A stretch of DNA of 55,678 bases from a virus. Lineage: Duplodnaviria > Caudoviricetes. The stretch spans positions 1-55,678 of the IMG/VR virus record IMGVR_UViG_3300021085_000038. One strand, given 5' to 3'. Shown piece after piece: positions 1 through 9,595 of this stretch. Numbering within the stretch: position 1 is the stretch's first letter; every line of letters starts with the position of its first letter. A program made the position numbers and the translations under genes. The notes under the pieces were generated by a model, which did not search any database, had not been told where the DNA came from, and saw only the letters and a program-made list of their open reading frames with translations.

Positions 1-584
1 GCAGGAGCATTAAGCGCTTGTGCGCCCCCTGCTGTGTTATTGGATGCATGGTAGCCTCCAGCGTGAGATGACTTTATCTCTTTCCAATTCGTACCATTAA
101 ATATAATTGCTTCGTTAACACCGTCTACAAAGCATATATTATTACCAGTACCAAAGTTAAACTGTTGGTGGCGTAATCTATTAACCGTTAATCCGTTTGC
201 AGTCATAGAACGTGTAACACTGTGATCTAAGGTAAACTTACGCCAACCTATAAATGCAGTGTAGTAATAGAAGCTATAAGTACTAGCACCTGCATCTTGT
301 CGTGCAGCTATAACAGTTGTACTTGCGGTTACATCATTCTTAAAAATAGCAATGCCAAGGACTTTACCTTGGCCTGTAGATGCACCTGCTACTGTAACTT
401 CACCATAATCAGGATCGTATTCATCATACCCCTCAATACGTCGATAGCCGCCAAATAAGGATGGCTCAAAGTTCAACATACGTGTAGCTGCGCCTGGACT
501 GTTATCCGATAAATCTAAATGATTTTCATTGGAATTCAGGCCACCGTTACAAACTAATTTGAAAGATTGTATTTGATCAGGCAT
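1..584 (-). CDS. Tail tubular protein B / nozzle, 5' part (allelic copy of 53245-54921, cut by the window edge)
   Basis: ATG at 584 gives MPDQIQSFKLVC..., collinear with the 558-aa ORF. Confidence 0.8.
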   Translation of the reverse strand, partial: MPDQIQSFKLVCNGGLNSNENHLDLSDNSPGAATRMLNFEPSLFGGYRRIEGYDEYDPDYGEVTVAGASTGQGKVLGIAIFKNDVTASTTVIAARQDAGASTYSFYYYTAFIGWRKFTLDHSVTRSMTANGLTVNRLRHQQFNFGTGNNICFVDGVNEAIIFNGTNWKEIKSSHAGGYHASNNTAGGAQALNAP

Positions 585-1273
585 TAATATCTAACTCGTG
601 TGTCACGAATGTATTCGTAATTATTAATGTATAAAGTTTGTAAATCCTTGATACCTTTCTCAAAGGCTATGAACGATGCCTGAGAAGCTTCAAGGTTATC
701 TTTAAACATATACAGGTGATACAAAGCACCATCTACTAAGACTGTATCGTAGCTATCAGGAATTCTAGTAACATCATCCGCTGCCGTAATATCAGAGTAG
801 TTCTGGTAGTATCTAAATTTTAATGTGTAGGCTTTATCTGGCGATGGGCTAACACCGTAGCCATTACCATGCGAAGAGAATACAAAGCGTGGTACACTGA
901 TACCATCTGTACCTGATGCGTAATCATTATCCCTGTGGTTCTTATACCACTCGTCACGATCTATATGCTTCAAGGTCGTGAAACTTACACCTTGTGCTGT
1001 ATCTTCTTGGATTTGAAAGCTGTTCCAATCAGCTATTTTATAAAATGAAGGCCATGTATATTCTTCCTGACCCACAACCAATGTATCTGTTTCTTCAGCG
1101 GCATTGAAAGGCCACTCAAACTCAGCTTGGTTTATTTTAGCTACCGCAGATTTTACAGCATCTTTAACAAGTGCTTGTACTCCAGAAGCAGATGCAAAAT
1201 CACCTTCCACAAGCTCAACTTCGTTTAGTCGGCGTAGTACTTGATTACATAAACTTATATAGGTGCTAGGCAT
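584..1273 (-). CDS. Head-tail adaptor / tail tubular protein A
   Basis: 229 aa directly after the capsid gene. N-terminal LCNQVLRRLNE and EWPF, C-terminal PSPDKAYTLKFRY, typical of podovirus adaptors. Confidence 0.75.
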   Translation of the reverse strand: MPSTYISLCNQVLRRLNEVELVEGDFASASGVQALVKDAVKSAVAKINQAEFEWPFNAAEETDTLVVGQEEYTWPSFYKIADWNSFQIQEDTAQGVSFTTLKHIDRDEWYKNHRDNDYASGTDGISVPRFVFSSHGNGYGVSPSPDKAYTLKFRYYQNYSDITAADDVTRIPDSYDTVLVDGALYHLYMFKDNLEASQASFIAFEKGIKDLQTLYINNYEYIRDTRVRY

Positions 1274-1294
1274 ATTGTACCCTTAGATAGAGGA

Positions 1295-1322
1295 ATGGGG
1301 CTAACAGATTAGCCAGCCCCAT
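1295..1322 (-). terminator. Hairpin (terminator/attenuator) after the major capsid gene
   Basis: ATGGGGCTGGC-TAATCT-GTTAGCCCCAT just after the stop codon; weak U tail. Confidence 0.6.
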
Positions 1323-1329
1323 AAAAAGT

Positions 1330-2651
1330 TTAAGCTGCGTTATATTTCGCAGTAACCAACGCTTCTGGGCGTAGGATTTTTCTACCGTAAAGGTGCATCC
1401 CTCTAACGATGTCTGCAAAGCTATCTGGATCACGGTATGTTTCCGTTTTGTTGATCTGTTCTGCTGTTGCCACCGCTGAGTCATGTCCAGCTACGATAAC
1501 ACCGAAATGGGCGTTGTTATTCGCTGCACCTGAATGCCCTGCACCGTTTCCGACTGCTGGTAGGTTTGATGATGTATATACACGGAAGCCGTGGAAGTTA
1601 TTTAACACCAATCCGTTACGAAGCGCACCTGAGTCACCGTAATCGGCGTTCAAGAAGCGTGAATCTTCGTCAGCTAGTAGTTCCATAAATACTGGATCTA
1701 CACATAACCAACGACCTGCTGAATCAACTTGATTTTGATCCAATAGACGCTTCATACGAGCTACAACCATTGCTGGTGAACATGTAGCTGTAGGTAGTGC
1801 TGTTGCACCTGGTAAACGTGCTGCTAATGGAATCGAATGATCTCCAGCAGAAGTTGTTGTAATGTTACCAAATGAACCTTTGTTTAACTTCATTGAAGCT
1901 AACAATTCGTCAGAACCTGCTGCTGTATCCGCTTTAGAACCATTTACTTGGTCGTTAACTGCGGCTGCATTAGCATGTAAAGCAGACTGCTTATAACCTG
2001 ATAAATAGCCAAGAACTTCTTGGTCATACTGATCAGCTAAACGGTGTGCTGCACGGTCTGTTGCAAGGGACATAAAATTCACATGACTAAACTGGTCCTC
2101 GATATCATCCATCTTGAAAGCAAAGTAGTTAGCTTTGTCGATTGTTAATGAAAAATCGGCATCAGTTAAATCTTGTGCAGCTATGGTCGTGCCACGCTTG
2201 TACTGCGACACAGAAATTTCTGGTTCTTTGATAATTCTGCAATATGTTCAAATAAGATCGTTAGTTCTTATTCCGCTTTTTAAAGCTGCTACATGTCGCC
2301 ATGTAGATCAGACCATATCATCATCCACTGGGGATGCTCTGCGCTTCGAGCCACTTGGCTCTACTTCCTGTCGGAATGGTCGTTGGACGTTCCTATTTCT
2401 AGGCTTCGCTGCTGATTGTCTCGTGGAGATGTCCCAGCAATTCACAGAGTTTTTCGAAGTAGATTGCTCTACTAAGCCGCCAAATTAACGGTATCACCTT
2501 GGGATGCAATTTCCCCAAAGTAATCAGAGTTAGTGATAGCACCCGTAACAGTATTCTTGCGGAATGCGAGTTGGACTTTCTTCGAATAAATTACACTCGA
2601 AAAATTTCCTGAGTTGAGGTTGGTGTACCCCGATGCTTTTGCAATTGCCAT
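1330..2651 (-). CDS. Major capsid protein, spliced: exon 1 2651-2488, exon 2 2239-1330 (357 aa)
   Basis: AGGAG RBS before ATG 2651. Joining the exons gives DYFGEIASQGDTVRIIKEPEISVSQY. C-terminus ...DSFADIVRGMHLYGRKILRPEAL. Lies between scaffold and adaptor genes. Confidence 0.9.
2240..2487 (-). ncRNA. Group I self-splicing intron (IA-like), 248 nt, no homing endonuclease ORF
   Basis: P (AAUUGCUGGGA), Q (AAUCAGCAG), R (GUCCAACGACCA) and S (GAUAUGGUCU) elements. P3 CUCUGUG/CGCAGAG, P7 GACCA/UGGUC, U.G at the 5' splice site, terminal G. Removal restores the reading frame. Confidence 0.92.
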
Positions 2652-2955
2652 TGTATGTACTCCTTGTGAAATGGCTAGGCCGAAGCCTGAACAAAACCGA
2701 AGAGGACAATTAAGTGGCAGTGATAAATAAGGGTGCGAATAACTATGAAGTTGCAACTAAATAGCAGACGGGCCTCAACACACTGGTAGACTAAACGTCG
2801 ATATTCTTCTGTATTATATTAAGACATAGAGGTAGACCGTAAGGTGGCTCTATTCTGTAGTTGAGAAATTTAGCTCTCAGAAGATATGTCTTTAGAAGAC
2901 GTATCATTAAAAAGCTGGGAAGGGGCGAGTCGTATAATCTTCGCCTCTTCACCTT

Positions 2956-2984
2956 TATTATAACATTAGTTAGGTGTCATTGCA
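2956..2984 (-). promoter_or_regulatory. Sigma70-type promoter of the capsid operon
   Basis: TTGCAA-N17-TATAAT; the spacer carries an operator-like TGACACCTAAC. Confidence 0.75.
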
Positions 2985-2989
2985 ACACC

Positions 2990-3769
2990 CTATCTAGCGC
3001 CACCACTTAGATCATAATCAAAGTTACCAGTTTGCATGGCTTCTTCAATTGCTTCTACATTCTTACCAAATTCAATATTACTCATTTGCTGTACTTGGCT
3101 TTCAGAGAACGTAGCTCTTCCTGCGGCTTTAGGTGTAGATGATGATGTTCGACCTACAGAGTGTGCTGCTGATTTAGATTTAGATTTTGTAGTAGATCTA
3201 CTCATATCGTATTTATATAAGTCAATAGCACGAGAAGCGGATCTAGCATCAGAATTGTTTTTATACAGAGCATTTTGAGTATCTATAGTTTGTTCTGCTA
3301 CCCAATCATGAAAACTTTGATCTTGTCGTATTTGATTAAAGTCAGGATGCATTTTAAGAAGTTCTTGTTCAGCTTCCTTTTTGGTAAGCTTAGTTTCTAA
3401 CTGACGTAATCCTTCCATACGCTTTTCGCCCTCTGCAAGTGCTTCATTAGCACGTTTTTGAGCGATGCTATCCACAATCTTTGCTACATCAGGATATTTC
3501 TTAGACCAGACATCAATCTCTTCATCTGTCTTAGGAAACTTAATCTGACCTTTGGCGGCCTGATCTAGTTGAGCTTTCATTTTTTGTAGCTCTTGATCCT
3601 TTTGTTGCATCAACTGCTGCGAGTGTCGTCGGAGATCACCATATCGTTTCTTATATGTTGTATCTTCGCCTTCGACTACTTCAGAATCTTTTGCAGGATT
3701 TTGAGCTTCAAGCTCTTCTGCATAAGATAGTCCATTGTCTTCATCTTCTATTCTTCGATATTTTGCCAT
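2990..3769 (-). CDS. Capsid scaffolding protein
   Basis: Acidic, helical 259-aa protein just upstream of the capsid gene; YKKRYGDLRRH and HPDF motifs. Confidence 0.75.
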   Translation of the reverse strand: MAKYRRIEDEDNGLSYAEELEAQNPAKDSEVVEGEDTTYKKRYGDLRRHSQQLMQQKDQELQKMKAQLDQAAKGQIKFPKTDEEIDVWSKKYPDVAKIVDSIAQKRANEALAEGEKRMEGLRQLETKLTKKEAEQELLKMHPDFNQIRQDQSFHDWVAEQTIDTQNALYKNNSDARSASRAIDLYKYDMSRSTTKSKSKSAAHSVGRTSSSTPKAAGRATFSESQVQQMSNIEFGKNVEAIEEAMQTGNFDYDLSGGAR

Positions 3770-3809
3770 TATTGCCTCACGGGGGTCGCATAAAGCGAGT
3801 AGCCCTTAA

Positions 3810-4910
3810 TTAAGATATAAATGCATAACTCTTTCGTTGCATCACACTTGGTAGGTTTGATGTACGTGGGGAAATCTCCTCAGTTTCCTCATCGTCATCA
3901 AGTTTGTCGTCTACTTCTACAGTAGCGACTTCGACTTCGATGTCCTCTTCAGGAGCATCTGTTTCTGCTGCTTCTACCTCTTCAGGTTCTTCAGCACCTT
4001 CTTCGTCTGTGTACTGGATAAGCCCAGTATCATACATGCTCATCAAGCCCATCTCGGCTTCTGATTGCATATCCATAATATGTTTTAGGCCGTGCCATTT
4101 AACTACGTTGGCAGGGAGAACGTATTCACCTTCAGATATCATTACCTCGATATCATCCCGTACATTTTCTGCACTAGATCCCATTGGTATTTCGTTACCG
4201 CTTTCTGGATCGGACATCATACCGCAAGCCATACCGCCATGAGACATCTCTATAAGCTCGTCATCATCCATAGCTTTTTGTATGGCTTCGCCTGTAGTTT
4301 CTTCATATTTACTTAATTTACCGTCACCATTCTTATCGGCTTTTTTACGGTCTAATTGAAATTTCTTCTTAGCCATATCCTGTCCTTCAACTGTTTTAAT
4401 TCCCTTGTTAGCAACTGCCAGACCGCCCAGCGCAAAGCCTGTTTTTTCATCATCAGAAATGCCAAACACACCATAAACTTTGTCTCTAGCTCCTGCCGCA
4501 AGATCAATCATGTCTTGCTTTCTATCTGCCCAACTGGTGTCAGAACCATCTTGTTTAGAGTACAGGCCTGATTCACCTGCATAGAACTCTTGTTCTGATA
4601 GATCGAAATTAAACATGTTATCTGAACGCCATATAGAATAGGCATCCGCAGTTGTAACATCTTCGAATACAGGTAGCTTTTCACCTGTAAATATATCGTA
4701 AGGGCCATTCTCTTTATAATGTTCGAATAGCTTATCCAAATCGTAAAATTCTCCTGTAGTAGGATCAATTGTAGGTGACACGATTTGACCATCGCCATAT
4801 TCAAATGACATAGATTTTTCAGAGTACGGTTCATCATTCTCGTCGTTAATCCAAACAGGCTTACCGTTACGGGTTTTTGCACCTTTAACTTTTCTAGCAT
4901 TCGTATTCAT
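3810..4910 (-). CDS. Head-module protein with a D-x-x-x-M-I-S-E-G-E-Y-V domain and acidic tail (possible processing peptidase)
   Basis: 366 aa between portal and scaffold; EF-hand-like DKNGDGKLS; xxxGG motifs. Confidence 0.5.
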   Translation of the reverse strand: MNTNARKVKGAKTRNGKPVWINDENDEPYSEKSMSFEYGDGQIVSPTIDPTTGEFYDLDKLFEHYKENGPYDIFTGEKLPVFEDVTTADAYSIWRSDNMFNFDLSEQEFYAGESGLYSKQDGSDTSWADRKQDMIDLAAGARDKVYGVFGISDDEKTGFALGGLAVANKGIKTVEGQDMAKKKFQLDRKKADKNGDGKLSKYEETTGEAIQKAMDDDELIEMSHGGMACGMMSDPESGNEIPMGSSAENVRDDIEVMISEGEYVLPANVVKWHGLKHIMDMQSEAEMGLMSMYDTGLIQYTDEEGAEEPEEVEAAETDAPEEDIEVEVATVEVDDKLDDDEETEEISPRTSNLPSVMQRKSYAFIS

Positions 4911-5125
4911 TATTCAGCTCCCTTAACTACTTCGTCACGAAGTGTTTTAAATCTACGCAACTCAGCAATAGCGCCTTGTATTCTTAGAATGTCGTGGTGA
5001 TCTTTTGAGGCTTCTAGTTGTTTATGGTGCAGTGCGATCTTTGCTTCTGCATATTCCTTTAGAAGTTCCATTGATTTCTTATCGTTCACCAACATAAGCA
5101 GCGCACGATACAGTTGTTTATCCAT
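4910..5125 (-). CDS. Small conserved-type protein downstream of the portal
   Basis: 71-aa helical ORF abutting the next gene. Confidence 0.7.
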   Translation of the reverse strand: MDKQLYRALLMLVNDKKSMELLKEYAEAKIALHHKQLEASKDHHDILRIQGAIAELRRFKTLRDEVVKGAE

Positions 5126-5217
5126 AGGTGTGTTAACCCTATTGTTTAATTATAGTGATGTAGGGGGGGGTAGGTGTTCCAGTGTTCCAGTAAATTGGAA
5201 TACTTAGTGGTTATTTA

Positions 5218-7371
5218 TTATTGTACTGGTGGTTGCTGTGGTGCATTAGCTGGCGCTGGTTCATTACCGCCATTGTCTCCACCACCTGCTCCAGTAAATC
5301 CTGGTGCGCCTGGTTCGGGTGCTGATCCTGGTGCTATATTCCCACCACCATTACCTGTAGGATCACTAGGGTTAGGTGCGCCTTCAGCAGGTGCAGCTTG
5401 CGGTGGAGGTGGTGGCATCATCGCTTGTATCTCAGCCATCATCTTAGCTTGTACGATTGCTTCACGTTGGTCGTTCAAAATCTTATCTTCATCAAGATCC
5501 ATTGAAGCTGCCAGTTCACGAAGTACATAATCATATTTAACAAACGGGGCCATTTGTTGGTTCTGCGTCATTTGCATAAACTGTAGTAGGCGTTGGCTAC
5601 GAATTTCATTCCGCATCAAGCTTTCTGTACCTCTAGCTTTTACTTCAAGATCACCATCAGCAAATTGCTTGTCGAAGTTGAATTGCATGTTAAAGCTAAA
5701 CAATGCCTTGCCTAATGGTGCTAGTAGATAATCATCTACGTTTCTCACCACTGTTTTAATACCTTGAGCCGCAGCACCCATAAGCATAGACATACCTGAA
5801 GCAGTACGACCTACACCTGTGATACCTGTTTGTCCGTGTGAGAAAGACGGTATGCCTGTACTCTCATCTGATAGCTGACGTGCTTTATCAAACATCATCA
5901 GCAACTCATTAGATACGTTCGGAAACTTTGTGCCGAAGATGGCTTGACCAGGCGCTCCAGCTTGTCTGCGAAACACTTTGCCAGGGTACACAGATAAGTC
6001 TTGTCCAGGTACTAGGTTTGTTTCATCAATCTCAATTAACAGGTTGCCTGATAGTGCAGCATTATCCACACTCATTCGCATAAACCCATTCATCAGTAAT
6101 TGTGTGTCAGTCATATTCTCAGCAACACCGATACCAAATAATCCGTAAGGATTTAGCTCGTAAGGTACTGCACAGAATGGAATACGGCTTGGTGTAAATG
6201 GATTTAGGACTAATCGTAGTATTTGACCGTTACAGACCCAGACATTAACTTCCATCTGGTCACGATCTTTAAATTGTTTTGGTATTTTCAGATCAGCTTC
6301 TTCTGCTAACTCTGAATCCATCATACCCCAGTATTCAATTACTTCAAAACGCTCAATAGTGTCTGATTGTGTGTGATCTTCTAGTGCATCTTCCCAGTAC
6401 TCTCTTGTATAGTCAGGGCCATATTCAATAGCTAATTCTATGCTTTCATCACGGAAATGTGGGCGTTTCTTTAGATTTCGTAGCTGTGAACGACTTAAAC
6501 GGTGGCGCTGCACTACATATTCTGCTTCTGCCATGTTTCTAGCGTCAGGATCAGGATACATATCCCAAATACTTACATATTCAAGCTTTGGTATTGTTTC
6601 CATGATAGGATCGTAGTTACCTTCGTCGTCCCAGCGTGGATATTCCTTATCATAGGCAAATGGCCCTTTGATAATACCTGTACCAAACAATGCACACTCA
6701 AATGCAGCAGATCGTAGATGCTTATCGGCGTTGGTTTCTTCCAACTGGTCGTGCATCTTCTTTTCCATCAGTTGTGCAGCACGTTTTGCTGGTTCATACG
6801 TGATAGAACCTGGATTTGTACCCGCACCTGCCTCTAAATCATCTTTAATAGGCTCTAGCTTGTCTTGGTATAGCCCTAAGTCCCGTGCAATCTCTGGACG
6901 GACGATATTTCGTGGTACTTTGTAGTCTACTTGCGTCTTTTCTTTAACTTTTTCATCTGTAAGAGCATTTGGGTCAAAATGTACGCTATCAGCCACATTA
7001 TTTGGGTATCTACGGGCTTCCATGCCAATGGGAAACTTAGATCCTGCAAACAAAACGTCTGTCATCTGTGCATATGCAGCTAAAACCTTAGTCTTGGTGA
7101 TTTTAACGAATGCCTGTGACTTCTCAGTGTCAGTAAACTGTACTTCTGGGCCATAAATGCCTCGATAATTGCGATAAGAGGACAACCAACGGGTTTCATC
7201 TTGCAATCTGTGGTCTTTTGATCGTCTAAATTGATCAGAAACGTACTCGGATAGCCTAGAATACTCTAAGTTCTCTTGTTCAACATCTCCGCTTTCATCC
7301 AAAGATACTACATTGGTAGATTCCATGCTATCTTCAGGGTTCGTATCAGTAGGTTTATCCATTAATGCCAT
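5218..7371 (-). CDS. Portal protein
   Basis: 717 aa after the terminase; CALFGTGIIKGP, PYELNPYGLFGIG and RTASGMSMLM motifs; Pro-rich tail. Confidence 0.9.
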   Translation of the reverse strand: MALMDKPTDTNPEDSMESTNVVSLDESGDVEQENLEYSRLSEYVSDQFRRSKDHRLQDETRWLSSYRNYRGIYGPEVQFTDTEKSQAFVKITKTKVLAAYAQMTDVLFAGSKFPIGMEARRYPNNVADSVHFDPNALTDEKVKEKTQVDYKVPRNIVRPEIARDLGLYQDKLEPIKDDLEAGAGTNPGSITYEPAKRAAQLMEKKMHDQLEETNADKHLRSAAFECALFGTGIIKGPFAYDKEYPRWDDEGNYDPIMETIPKLEYVSIWDMYPDPDARNMAEAEYVVQRHRLSRSQLRNLKKRPHFRDESIELAIEYGPDYTREYWEDALEDHTQSDTIERFEVIEYWGMMDSELAEEADLKIPKQFKDRDQMEVNVWVCNGQILRLVLNPFTPSRIPFCAVPYELNPYGLFGIGVAENMTDTQLLMNGFMRMSVDNAALSGNLLIEIDETNLVPGQDLSVYPGKVFRRQAGAPGQAIFGTKFPNVSNELLMMFDKARQLSDESTGIPSFSHGQTGITGVGRTASGMSMLMGAAAQGIKTVVRNVDDYLLAPLGKALFSFNMQFNFDKQFADGDLEVKARGTESLMRNEIRSQRLLQFMQMTQNQQMAPFVKYDYVLRELAASMDLDEDKILNDQREAIVQAKMMAEIQAMMPPPPPQAAPAEGAPNPSDPTGNGGGNIAPGSAPEPGAPGFTGAGGGDNGGNEPAPANAPQQPPVQ

Positions 7372-7374
7372 ATT

Positions 7375-9225
7375 TTAGTATCCAAATGTTGAATCTGATG
7401 GTTTGTAGTTTCTTTCGGGTACGCCTCTACCCATATCGAATGGTGAAAGAGATCTAGGTCTGCTCATTAAGCCGTAACGTAATGAGTCATACGTGTGATC
7501 TGAGGCATAGCGTTGATCTATATCGTCTGAGCCTTTGGGGCAGGATGGTATGACAGGTAAATCTGCTATGATTTGTCTACATGTGTTAAAGAAAACGATA
7601 CCAGGATGTCCTGTATCTTCGTCTACCTTCAATCTTTCATGCAGTTGGTTCTTACCTGCTACTCTAGCACCTGCGGTACGATCACTTGGTCGCCATCTGC
7701 AACCCATTGTAATCATTTCTTCTGCAATACTTGGGCCTATCTGCCCTCGGTTATGCCAACAGGAGCTATCAAGTATACCAAACTTAATACTGTCACCCAT
7801 TTCTGCATCTAAAACAGCACGACCTAAGTCTTTGCCTGTATGTTTAGATAGGTATAGCTCTCGATAGACAATCAAGGTTTCGAATGCAGGATCAATTGCG
7901 TACCAGTGAACTGCACTCCACGAACTATATCCGTAATCCGCTGATCTAAACCGTACCCAGTTGTGTGGTATATCAAATGGTTCTACTACATGTACGGATT
8001 GTCTAAATTCAGGAAACGCTGCACCGTCTGCAACTGCCCAATCACCTTCTAAAAGCTGTCTGCGCTGGTTCTCTGGTAGAGACAAAAGGTTAGCTTCGTA
8101 TTGCCCACCTTCCATAAGATATGGGTTGTCTGTGAGAGATGCAGGAATAAACCTACGGCTAAATAATGGCTGCCCTGCTTTTGCATGTCCTTCTGGATAT
8201 TCTAAAGGTTCACCACTGTTTAAATCTGTAGCAACAAATGCTTGGTTTGCAGGGGCAGGATCAATAAACATCCTCTTAACCCAACCATGCCCAGCGCCTC
8301 CAGGGTTTGTAGTTGCCCTCATAAATATAGGAAGGTCTGGATCAGTCGTTCTCAAACGTGAGCGCATATAATCCCAAGCAAATGGTGTTGGGTGCTGCGT
8401 TAACTCGTCAAAGGCAATGTAACTAAAAGCCAAACCTTGATAACGTCTAACATCATCTTCACGTTCTAGGTAGGTTAACCAAAGCTTTGCACCACTAGGT
8501 AATGTCCATTGTGATTTCTTCTCTGCCCACTTAGCTCCTGGAAATGCTTTAGGATATAGCTCCTGTGATTTCCAAATTAATTCTCTAAGTTCGTCATTAG
8601 TACGACGAAGTATCAACCCATTAAAGTTAGGGTTATGGAAGTACCGCATTGGGTCAGCTAGTAATCCAAATGACTTACCGCCACCTGCTGCACCGCCATA
8701 TAGTACTTCTTGTTCAGACGCTGCAAGGAACTCTGTCTGTGGCCCAGGATTAGGTGCAAACACCACTTCCCTTTGTACTTCTTCCTTTTCATAAGCTGCG
8801 AAATCTAATGTATCACTAATCTCGTTTTTAGGCTCATGTGCAGCTAACTTCTTAGTCATTAAAGTCTGGATACGTTTAGCATCCGATCTTTTACGCTTTA
8901 CCGCAGCTATTGCTTTTTCTTTTCTAGTTTTAGGCTTACGCTTCTTGTTAGCCTTATCTAGTGCAGCAATACGAGGACTGTCTGGTCTATTCGCTCTCCA
9001 TACAAGTAATACACCTTGGTGTGATATCTTGCGCTGGGCTTTATCTGTTAGCCACTCAGCTACCTTACGAGTACTGTAACCATTATCAAGATAATCCATA
9101 GCCTCTTCAATAAGAGGTACTAAGGTTTCATCAGGTTCTATTACAAGCGGATCATCTTCGTTAGCTTTATAGCCATACTGTATCCGTGCAGTAGCATTTG
9201 GTCTGGTCTTGTTAGCCCACGTCAT
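7375..9225 (-). CDS. terL: Terminase large subunit with N-terminal extra domain
   Basis: Walker A GGAAGGGKS, Walker B IAFDE, ATTNPGG, nuclease motifs ADYGY and DHTYDSLRY. Start taken at MTWANK. Confidence 0.9.
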   Translation of the reverse strand: MTWANKTRPNATARIQYGYKANEDDPLVIEPDETLVPLIEEAMDYLDNGYSTRKVAEWLTDKAQRKISHQGVLLVWRANRPDSPRIAALDKANKKRKPKTRKEKAIAAVKRKRSDAKRIQTLMTKKLAAHEPKNEISDTLDFAAYEKEEVQREVVFAPNPGPQTEFLAASEQEVLYGGAAGGGKSFGLLADPMRYFHNPNFNGLILRRTNDELRELIWKSQELYPKAFPGAKWAEKKSQWTLPSGAKLWLTYLEREDDVRRYQGLAFSYIAFDELTQHPTPFAWDYMRSRLRTTDPDLPIFMRATTNPGGAGHGWVKRMFIDPAPANQAFVATDLNSGEPLEYPEGHAKAGQPLFSRRFIPASLTDNPYLMEGGQYEANLLSLPENQRRQLLEGDWAVADGAAFPEFRQSVHVVEPFDIPHNWVRFRSADYGYSSWSAVHWYAIDPAFETLIVYRELYLSKHTGKDLGRAVLDAEMGDSIKFGILDSSCWHNRGQIGPSIAEEMITMGCRWRPSDRTAGARVAGKNQLHERLKVDEDTGHPGIVFFNTCRQIIADLPVIPSCPKGSDDIDQRYASDHTYDSLRYGLMSRPRSLSPFDMGRGVPERNYKPSDSTFGY

Positions 9226-9595
9226 CAACGGCCTTTGGTGGCAGGATGAATACGCCACCGCCTTTATTGGTGACTTCTACTTGTTCTTTCTTAACCAAGC
9301 CAGTTCGATCTAATATCTCACGAGCCGCAGCTATAGAATTACGTGCGCCCATCGCACTAGGATCATCTAATACATCAACAATACCAAAAGCGGCTTTAGG
9401 AGCATTCATTGCAAGCATTTCACTTGCAGCTTTAATGATCTCTTTGTTTAGACTTCTAACCACTTCACTAATCTTAGTGGTCTTAGCATATCCTGCTATA
9501 TCCATAGCTGTACGGATGTTGCCTTTAGCTTCACCCATTAAAGCATCTAAGAATAAGAGTTGCTTATCAGTATATACTTTAGCTTCATCCATCAT
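9212..9595 (-). CDS. Putative terminase small subunit
   Basis: TDKQ..FL..L...GNI..A..IAGY HTH-like N-terminus, directly upstream of terL. Confidence 0.6.
   Translation of the reverse strand: MMDEAKVYTDKQLLFLDALMGEAKGNIRTAMDIAGYAKTTKISEVVRSLNKEIIKAASEMLAMNAPKAAFGIVDVLDDPSAMGARNSIAAAREILDRTGLVKKEQVEVTNKGGGVFILPPKAVDDVG

Larger units (their letters stand above)
1..1341. repeat. Terminal overlap, copy 1 (diverged duplicate of 54338-55678)
   Basis: Constant offset of 54337 (ORF 584-1273 vs 54921-55610). First 50 and last 127 nt are identical; the interior has many substitutions. Confidence 0.95.

Noticed and set aside
2135-2488. 117-aa + strand ORF as an intron-encoded endonuclease
   Set aside because: It is antisense to the intron and has no HNH, GIY-YIG or LAGLIDADG motif.
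1330-2756. Capsid gene as a pseudogene, programmed frameshift or two separate genes
   Set aside because: The intervening 248 nt have full group I intron structure and excision restores the frame exactly.
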